Positions 55,501 to 64,000 of a DNA stretch of 64,000 nucleotides are shown here, one piece after another. The notes under the pieces are model-generated. The model was given only the letters and a program-made list of their open reading frames with translations, did not search any database and was not told the DNA's origin. This DNA comes from Pecten maximus. Its lineage: Eukaryota. The translations under genes were made by a program, and so were the position numbers. The stretch covers positions 49,786,001-49,850,000 of the forward strand of contig NC_047015.1 in the NCBI RefSeq assembly GCF_902652985.1, written 5' to 3'. How positions within the stretch are numbered: position 1 is the stretch's first letter; every line of letters begins with the position of its first letter.

Positions 55501-58500
55501 AGTGTATAGAGAGAGGAGGATAGACAGAGAAGTGTATAGAGAGAGGGGGATAGACAGAGAAGTGTATAGAGAGGAGGGATAGAAGAAAGGGAAGTGATAG
55601 AGAGAGGGGGATGACAGAGACAGTGTATAGAGAGGGGGGATAGCAAGGTTATAGAGAGAGGGAGATAGAGAGAGGGGGATAGACAGAGAAGTGTATAGAG
55701 AGAGGGGAATAGTAGAGAAGGAGAATGTATAAGAGAGGGGATAGACAGAGAAGTGTATAGAGAGAGGGGATAGACAGAGAAGTGTATAGAGAGAGGGGGA
55801 TAGACAGAAAAGTGTATATAGAGAGAGGGGATAGACAGAGAAGTGTATAGAGAGAGAGGGGGATAGACAGAGAAGTGTATAGAGAGAGGGGAGGATAGAC
55901 AGAGAAGTGATAGAGAAGAGGGGGATCGACAGAGAAGTGTATAGAGCGAGGGGGATAGACAGAGAAGTGTTATAGCGAAGAGGGGATAGAAAGAGGAAGG
56001 GTATTATAGAGAGAGGGGGGATAGACAGAGAAATGTATAGAGAGAGGGGGACAGACAGAGAAGGGTATAGAGAGAGGGGGATAGACAGAGATGTGTATAG
56101 AGAGAGGGGGATAGACAGAGAAGTGTATAGAGAGAGGGGGTAGACAGAGAAGTGTACAGAGAGAGGGGGACAGACCGAGAAATGTATAGAGAGAGGGGGA
56201 TAGACCAGAGAAGTGTATAGAGAGAGGGGGATAGACAGAGAAGTGTATAGAGAGAGGGGATAGAGAGATAGAGAGAGGGGGATAGACAGAGAAATGTATA
56301 GAGAGAGGGGGACAGATAGAGAAATGTATAGAGAGAGGGGGATAGACAGAGAAGTGTATAGAGAGAGGGGGACAGACAGAGAAATGTATAGAGAGAGGGG
56401 GATAGACAGAGAAGTGTATAGAGAGAGGGGGATAGACAGAGAAGTGTATAGAGAGAGGGGGATAGACAGAGAAGTGTATAGAGAGAGGGGATAGACAGAG
56501 AAGTGTATAGAGAGAGGGGATAGACAGAGAAGTGTATAGAGAGAGGGGGATAGAGAAGTGTATAGAGAGAGGAGGGGGAAGACAGAGAAGTGTAAAGAGA
56601 GGGGGTAGACACGAGAAGTGATAGAGAAGGGGGAGACAGAGAAGTGTATAGAGAGAGGGGGAAGAAGAGGAAGTGTTATAAGAGGAGAGGGGGATAGACA
56701 GAGAAGTGTATAGAGGAGGGGAGAAAGAAGAGAGTGTATAGAGAGAGGGGGAAGACAGAGAAGTGATAGAGAGGGGGGAAGACAGAGAAGTGATATAGAG
56801 AGAGGGGGAAGACAGAGAAGTGTATAGAGAGAGGGGGATAGACAGAGAGGGGGATTGGCAGAGAAGTGTATAGAGAGAGGGGGATAGAAGAGAGTTAAGA
56901 GAGGGGATAGACAGAGAGTGGTATAGAGAGAGGGAGATAGAGAAGTGTATAGAGAGAGGGGGGATAGACAGAGAAGTGTATAGAGAGAGGGGGGATAGAC
57001 AGAGAAGTGTATAGAGAGAGGGGACAGACAGAGAAGTGTATAGAGAGAGGGGGAAGACAGAGAAGTGTATAGAGAGAGGGGATAGACAGACAGAGAGAGG
57101 GGGATAGACAGAGAAGTGTATAGAGAGAGGGGGATAGACAGATAGAGAGAGGGGATAGACAAACAAGTGTATAGAGAGAGGGGGATAGACAGAGAAGTGT
57201 ATAGAGAGGGGGATAGACAGAAGGTATAGAGAGGGGGGATAGACAGAGATGTGTATAGAGAGAGGGGATAGGAGAGAAGTGTATAGAGAGAGGGGATAGA
57301 GAAGAAGAGTTAGAGAGAGGGGGAAAGACAAACAAGTGTATAGAGAGAGGAGGATAGACAGAGAAGTGTATAGAGAGAGGGGGATAGACAGAGAAGTGTA
57401 TAGAGAGGGGGATAGACAGAGAAGTGTATAGAGAGAGGGGGATAGACAAGAGAAAGTGTTAAGAGAGGGGGATAGACAAGAAGAGAGAGGGGAAGGGGTA
57501 AAGAGAAGTGTATAGAGAGAGGGTAGATAGAGAAGGTAAGGAGAGGGGGGATAAGACAGAGAAGGTATAAGAGAGAGAGGGGATAGACAGAGAAGGATTA
57601 AGAGAGGGGGGATAGCAGAGAAGTGTATAGAGAGAGGGGGAGAAGGACAGAGAAGGATAGGATAGGGGAGAGGGGGTTTGACAGAGAGTGTATAGAGAGA
57701 GGGGGATAGACAGAAGAGTGATAGAGAGAGGGGGATTAGACGAGAAGTGTGAGGAGAGAGGGGGATAGACAGAGAAGTGTAGAGAGAGAGGGGGGAAGAC
57801 AGAGAAGTGTATAGAGAGAGGGGGATAGACAGAGAAGTGTATAGAGAGAGGGGGAAGACAGAGAAGGGGATAGAGAGAGGGGGATAGACGAGAAGTGTAT
57901 AGAGGGAGAGAGGGGAGGAAAGAGAGAGATAGAGAGAGGGGGATAGACAGAGATGTATAGAGAGAGGGGATAGACAGAGAAGTGTATAGAGAGAGGGGGA
58001 CAGACAGAGAAAGTGTATAGAGAGAGGGGGATAGACAGAGAAGTGTATAGAGAGAGGGGGATAGACAGAGAAGTGTATAGAGAGAGGGGGATAGAGAAGA
58101 TAGAGAGAGGGGGATAGACAGAGAAATGTATAGAGAGAGGGGGATAGACAGAAAAGTGTATAGAGAGAGGGGAAGACAGAGAAATGTATAGAGAGAGGGG
58201 GGAAGACAGAGAAGTGTATAGAGAGGGGGATAGACAGAGAAGTGTTAGAGAGATGTGAAGAGAGAGAAGGGGTAGACAGAAGAGAGAGATAGAGAGAGGG
58301 GGATAGACAGAAAAGTGTATAGAGAGAGGGGGATAGACAGAGAAGTGTAGAGAGAGAGGGGAAAGAAGACAGAGAGGTAGATGTATAGAGAGGGGGAAGA
58401 GGAGAGGATAGAGAGAGGGGGATAGACAGAGAAGTGTATAGAGAGAGGGGATAGACAGAGAAGTGATAGAGAGAGGGGGATAGACAGAGAAGTGTATAGA

Positions 58501-61500
58501 GAGAGGGGGATAGACAGAGAAGTGTATAGAGAGAGGGGGAAAGACAGAGAAGTGTATAGAGAGAGGGGGAAGACAGAGAAGTGTATAGAGAGAGGGGGAT
58601 AGACAGAGAAGTGTAGTAGAGAGAGGGGGGATAGACAGAGAAGTGTATAGAGAGAGGGGGACAGACAGAGAAGTGTATAGAGAGAGGGGGAATAGACAGG
58701 AGAGTGTAAAGAGGGAAGGAAGACAGAAAGAGTATAGAGAAGGGGGATAGACAGAGAAGTGTATAGAGAGAGGGGGACAGACAGAGAAGTGTATAGAGAG
58801 AGGGGGATAGACAGAGATGTGTATAGAGAGAGGGGGATAGACAGATAGAGAGAGGGGGACAGACAGAGAAGTGTAGAGAGAGAGGGGGATAGACAGAGAG
58901 TGTATAGAGAGAGGGGGATAGACAGAGAAGTGTAGAGAGAGAGGGGGATAGACAGAGAAGTGTATAGAGAGAGGGGGACAGACAGAGAAGTGTATAGAGA
59001 GAAGGGGATAGACAGAGAAGTGTATAGAGAGAGGGGATAGACAGAGAAGTGTATAGAGAGAGGGGATAGATAGAGAAGTGTATAAGAGAGAGGGGGAGGA
59101 CAGAGCAAGAGCAAGTGATAGATGAGAGGGAGGAATAGACAAACAGTGGTATAGAGAGAGGGCGGGATAGACAGAGAAGTGTATAGAGAGAGGGGGAAAG
59201 ACAGAGAGTGTATAGAGAGAGGGGGAAAGACAGAGAAGTGTATAGAGAGAGGAGGATAGACAGAGAAGTGTAGTATAGAGAGAGGAGGATAGACAAAAGG
59301 TGTATAGAGAGAGGGAGATAGAGAAGTGTATAGAGAGAGGAGGATAGACAGAGAAGTGTATAGAGAGAGGGGATAGACAGAGAAGTGTATAGAGAGAGGG
59401 GGATAGACAGAGAAGTGTATAGAGAGAGGGGGATAGACAGAGAAGTGTATAGAGAGAGGGGGATAGACAGAGAGGTGGATAGAGAGAGGGGATAGACAGA
59501 GAAGTGTATAGAGAGAGGGGGGATAGACAGAAGTGTATAGAGAGAGGGGATAGACAGAGAAGTGTATAGAGAGAGGGGGGATAGACAGAGAAGTGTATAG
59601 AGAGAGGAGGATAGACAGAGAAGTGTATAGAGAGAGGAGGATAGACAGAAGATATGTATAGAGAGAGGGGGATAGACAGAAGTGTATAGAGAGATGGGAT
59701 AGACAGAGAAGTGTATAGAGAGAGGGGGATAGACAGAGAAGTGTATAGAGAGAGGAGGATAGACAGAGAAGTGTATAGAGAGAGGGAGATAGACAGAGAA
59801 GTGTATAGAGAGAGGAGGATAGACAGAAGTGTATAGAGAGAGGGGGATAGACAGAAGTGTATAGAGAGAGGGGATAGACAGAGAAGTGTATAGAGAGAGG
59901 GGGAAGACAGAAGTGTATAGAGAGAGGGGGAAGACAGAAAAGTGTTTAAAGAGAGGGGATAGACAGACAGAGAGAGGGGGATAGAAGAGAGTAAGGAGAG
60001 GTAAAGATAAGAAGGGGATAGACAGAGAGTTAGAGAGAGGGGGATAAAAAGAAGCAGAAAGGGATAAGAGTTAGGGGGAGGAGGACAGAGAAGTGTTATA
60101 GAGAGAGGGGGATAGACAGAGGAAGTGTATAGAGAGAGGGGGATAGGACAGAAAAAGGTAAAGAGGGAGGGGATAGACAGAGAAGTTTATGAGAGAGAGG
60201 GATAGACGAAAGGTGTATAGAGAGAGGGGGGATAAAGAGAGAGGAAGTGAAGAGAGAGGGGGATAAGCAAGTAGAAGGTAGAAGAGAGGGGGGTAAGACA
60301 GAGAAGTGTATAGAGAGAGGGAGGAAGCAGAGAAGGATAGAGAAGGTTGAGGAGGGATAAAGGGACAGAAGGGGATAGACAGAGAAGTGTATAGAGAGAG
60401 GGGGATAGAAAAGGAAGTGTATAGAGGAGGGGAGAAGAAGTATAGAGAGAGGGGGATAGACAGAGAAGTGTATAGAGAGAGGGGGGACAGACAGAGAAGT
60501 GTATAGAGAGGAGGGGGAAAGACAGAAAGTGTATAGGAGGGAATAGAAGAGGGGGATAGACAGAGAAGTGTATAGAGAGACTGTAAAATGTATAGAGAGA
60601 GGGGGATAGCAGAGGAGGTGATAGAAAAGAGGTGTAGAAGAGAGGATATAAGAGAGAGTGTTTAGAAGAGAGAGGGGATAGACAGAGAAGTGTATAGAGA
60701 GAGGGGGGATAGACAGAGAAGTGTATATAGAGAGGGGGATAGACAGAGAAGTGTATAGAGAGGGGGGATAGACAGAGAAGTGTATAGAGAGAGGGGGATA
60801 GACAGAAGTGTATAGAGAGAGGGGATAGACAGAAGTGTATAGAGAGGGGGATAGACAGATAGAGAGAGGGGGATGATGAGAAAGTGTAGAGAGAGGAGGG
60901 GATAGACAGAAGAGTGTATAGAGAGAGGGGGATAACAGAAAGTGTATAGAAGGGGGAGGGGGATGGGACAAGAAGAAAGTGTATAGAGGAGGGGGGAGAA
61001 GAGAAGTGTATAGAGAGAGGGGGATAAGAGAAGAGGTTATAGAGAGAGGGGGAAAGACAGAGAAAATTGTATAGAAGGGGGTGAGACAAGACAGAGAAGT
61101 GTATAGAAGAGGGGGATAGACAGAGAATGGGGATAGAGAAGGGGGAAGAGGGAGAAGAGAATGTGTAAGAAGAGAGGGGGATAGACAGATAGAGAGAGGG
61201 GGACAGACAGAGAAGTGTATAGAGAGAGGGGATAGACAGAGAAGTGTATAGAGAGAGGGGGATAAAGAGATAGAAAGAGGGGGATAGACAGAGAAATGTA
61301 TAGAGAGAGGGGGATAGACAGAGAAGTGTATAGAGAGAGGGGGATAGACAGAAAAGTGTATAGAGAGAGGGGATAGAAAGAGAAAGAAAGGTAAGAGAGA
61401 GGGGGGGAAGAAAAAGAAGGAAAGTATAGAGAGAGGGGGATAGACAGAGAAATGTATAGAGAGAGGGGGACAGATAGAGAAATGTAAGTAAGAGAGGAGG

Positions 61501-63878
61501 GGGAACAGAGAAGGTTGAGAGAGGGGGAAAGACAAACAAGTGTATAGAAGGAGGAAGGAAGGACAAACAAGGTATAGAGAGAGGGGGATGAGACAGAAGA
61601 AGGAAGGATAGAGAAGGGGAAAGGAGGGAAGACAGAGAAGTGTATAGAGAGAGGGGGAAGAAGTTAAAGGGGAGACAGAAAAGTGTATAGGAGAGGAGGA
61701 AGGAGAGGAGGAAGGAGAAGTATAGATAGAGGAGGGATAGACAAAGAGGTGGTTGACAGAGAGATAGAGGGGAGATAGAGAAGTGTATAGAGAGAGGGAG
61801 GATAGACAGAAGTGTATAGAGAGAGGGGATAGACAGAGAAGTGTAGTATAGAGAGAGGGGGGATAGACAGAGAAGTGTATAGAGAGAGGGGGATAGACAG
61901 AGAAGTGTATAGAGAGAGGGGATAGACAGAGAAGTGTGTAGAGAAAGGGGGATAGACAGAGAAGTGTATATAGAGAGAGGGGGATAGACAGAGAAGTGTA
62001 TAGAGAGAGGGGGATATACAGAGAAGTGTATAGAGAGAGGAGGATAGACAGAGAAGTGTATAGAGAGAGGAGGATAGACAGAGAAGTGTATAGAGAGAGG
62101 AGGATAGACAGAAGTGTATAGAGAGAGGGGGATAGACAGAAGTGTATAGAGAGAGGGGATAGACAGATAAGTGTATAGAGAGAGGTGGATATACAGAGAA
62201 GTGTATAGAGAGAGGAGGATGGACAGAGAAGTGTATAGAGAGAGGAGGATAGACAGAGAAGTGTATAGAGAGAGGAGGATAGACAGAAGTGTATAGAGAG
62301 AGGGGGTATAGCAGGAAGTGATAGAAGAGAGGGGGATAGACAGAAGTGTTATAGAGAGAGGGGGAAAAAAGGGAAAGAGGGGTTAAAAGAAGGAAGGGTA
62401 GAGAGAGGAGACAGAGAGAGAGGGATAGAAGTAAAAAGTGTATAGAGAGAGGGAGATAGACAGATAGAGAGAGGGGGGATAGACAAGAAGTGTATAGAGA
62501 AGGGGGAAGGAAAGACAGGATAAGAAGGAGATAGGAAAGAAAGAGAAGGGTATAGAGAAGAGGGGGATAGACAGAAATGTATAGAGAGAGGGGGATAGAC
62601 AGAGAAGTGTATAGAGAGAGGGGATAGACAGAGAAGTGTATAGAGAGAGGGGGATAGACAAACAAGTGTATAGAGAGAGGGGGATAGACAGAGAAGTGTA
62701 GTATAGAGAGAGGGGGATAGACAGAGAAGTGTATAGAGAGAGGGGGATAGACAGAAATGTATAGAGAGAGGGGAAAGACAGAGAAGTGTAGAGAGAGAGG
62801 GGGATAGACAGAGAAGTGTATAGAGAGAGGGAGATAGACAGAGAAGTGTATAGAGATAGGGGGATAGACAGAGAAGTGTATAGAGAGAGGGGGATAGACA
62901 GAGAAGTGTATAGAGAGAGGGGGATAGACAGAAGTGTATAGAGAGAGGGAGATAGACAGATAGAGAGAGGGGGATAGACAGAGATGTGTATAGAGAGAGG
63001 GAGATAGACAGAGAAGTGTATAGAGAGAAGGGGATAGACAGAGATGTGTAGATAGAGAAGGGGGATAGACAGAGAAGTGTATAGAGAGAGGGGGATAGAG
63101 AGATAGAGAGAGGGGGATAGACAGAGATGTGTATAGAGAGATGGTGATAAACAGAGAAGTGTAGATAGAGAAGGGGATAGACAAAGAAGTGTATAGAGAG
63201 AGGGGGATAGACAGAGATGTGTATAGAGATAGGGGGATAGACAGAGAAGTGTATAGAGAGAGGGGATAGACAGAGATGTGTATAGAGAGAGGGGGATAGA
63301 CAGAGAGGTGTATAGAGAGAGTGGGACAGACAGAGAAGTGTATAGAGAGAGGGGGATAGACAGAGAAGTGTATATAGAGAAGGGGATAGACATATATTTG
63401 TATAGAGAGAGGGGGATAGAGAGAGGGGGGATAGACAGACAATGCATAGAGAGAGGGGAAACGACAGACGTGTAGATAGAGAGGATGATAGACATAGATG
63501 TGTATAGAGAGAGGGGATAGACAGAGTGGTTAGACAGCGAAGTGGATGGAGAGAGAAGGTAAGATAGAGAGGTGGAAAGAAGAGAGAGGGAGTAGATAGA
63601 GAAGTGGGGAGAAAGAGGGTTGGGGGGGGGGGGGGGGGTAGACAGAGAAGTGTATAGAGAGGGGGAAAGACGGAGTAGTTGATAGAGAGAGATTGGTAGA
63701 TATAGTGGTGGAAAGAGAGAGGGAGGGAAAGAGATAGACATAGAAGTTTATATATATATTTGTATATATATAGATGACAGCAGATAAACAGGGTAGAGAG
63801 GGTGGGATAGACATAGAGGTGGTTAATAAGAGCAGAATAGATAGACAAATGGGGATAGAGAGAATGTATATAGAGAGA
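52535..63878. repeat. ~11.3-kb purine-strand satellite, 30/31-bp unit
   Basis: Unit gatagacagagaagtgtatagagagagggg(g); homogeneous and noisy zones alternate. Confidence 0.98.
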
Positions 63879-64000
63879 AATGTTCTGATGACAACTTTAT
63901 TGTAACCGAAGCGGAGGAATCGTTGACAAGTTATGCATGACCTAACGTTGCGTACTCGGTCCGTCCGCATTCACTACACCAACGCTTGATGGCTAACAAA

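Noticed and set aside
52473-63970. Very long minus-strand ORFs (up to 1108 aa; S/L/P/Y/I-rich)
   Set aside because: They are open in all three frames because the pyrimidine-rich satellite strand rarely forms stop codons. They are translations of a 30/31-bp repeat with constant frameshifting.

Overview
This is eukaryotic, AT-rich, intron-containing DNA. Its repeat families (Meta/V-type SINEs, Helentron-associated HINE-like elements, CR1 LINEs) point to a bivalve mollusc, possibly a scallop (inference). Positions 1-23 kb hold one complete + strand gene, MELK (maternal embryonic leucine zipper kinase), with 15 coding exons from ATG 2245 to TAA 19432 (669 aa: kinase, UBA, TP-rich linker, KA1). 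A probable extra terminal exon lies at 20557, and an E2F/CHR/CCAAT/ETS-rich promoter region at about 800-1290. The introns carry nested non-autonomous DNA transposons. One is a 1.3-kb TAA-flanked PIF/Harbinger-type element that contains an antisense promoter-like segment and a first exon resembling a SAM-domain N-terminus. Positions 23-47 kb are mostly decayed transposons: HINEs with 158/146-bp internal arrays, two CR1 LINE relics, HERO-type RLE fragments, Kolobok-, P- and hAT-like MITEs, SINEs and local duplications. Positions 47.7-51.65 kb are a 31-bp satellite, and 52.5-63.87 kb an ~11-kb purine-strand 30/31-bp satellite whose long minus-strand ORFs are artefacts. No prokaryotic-type system (CRISPR etc.) is present. 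The most interesting leads are: (1) a triplicated splice donor just upstream of the KA1 exons; (2) a stop codon embedded in a splice donor; (3) the exon-carrying Harbinger element; (4) a ~360-bp duplication whose copies carry different HINE insertions.
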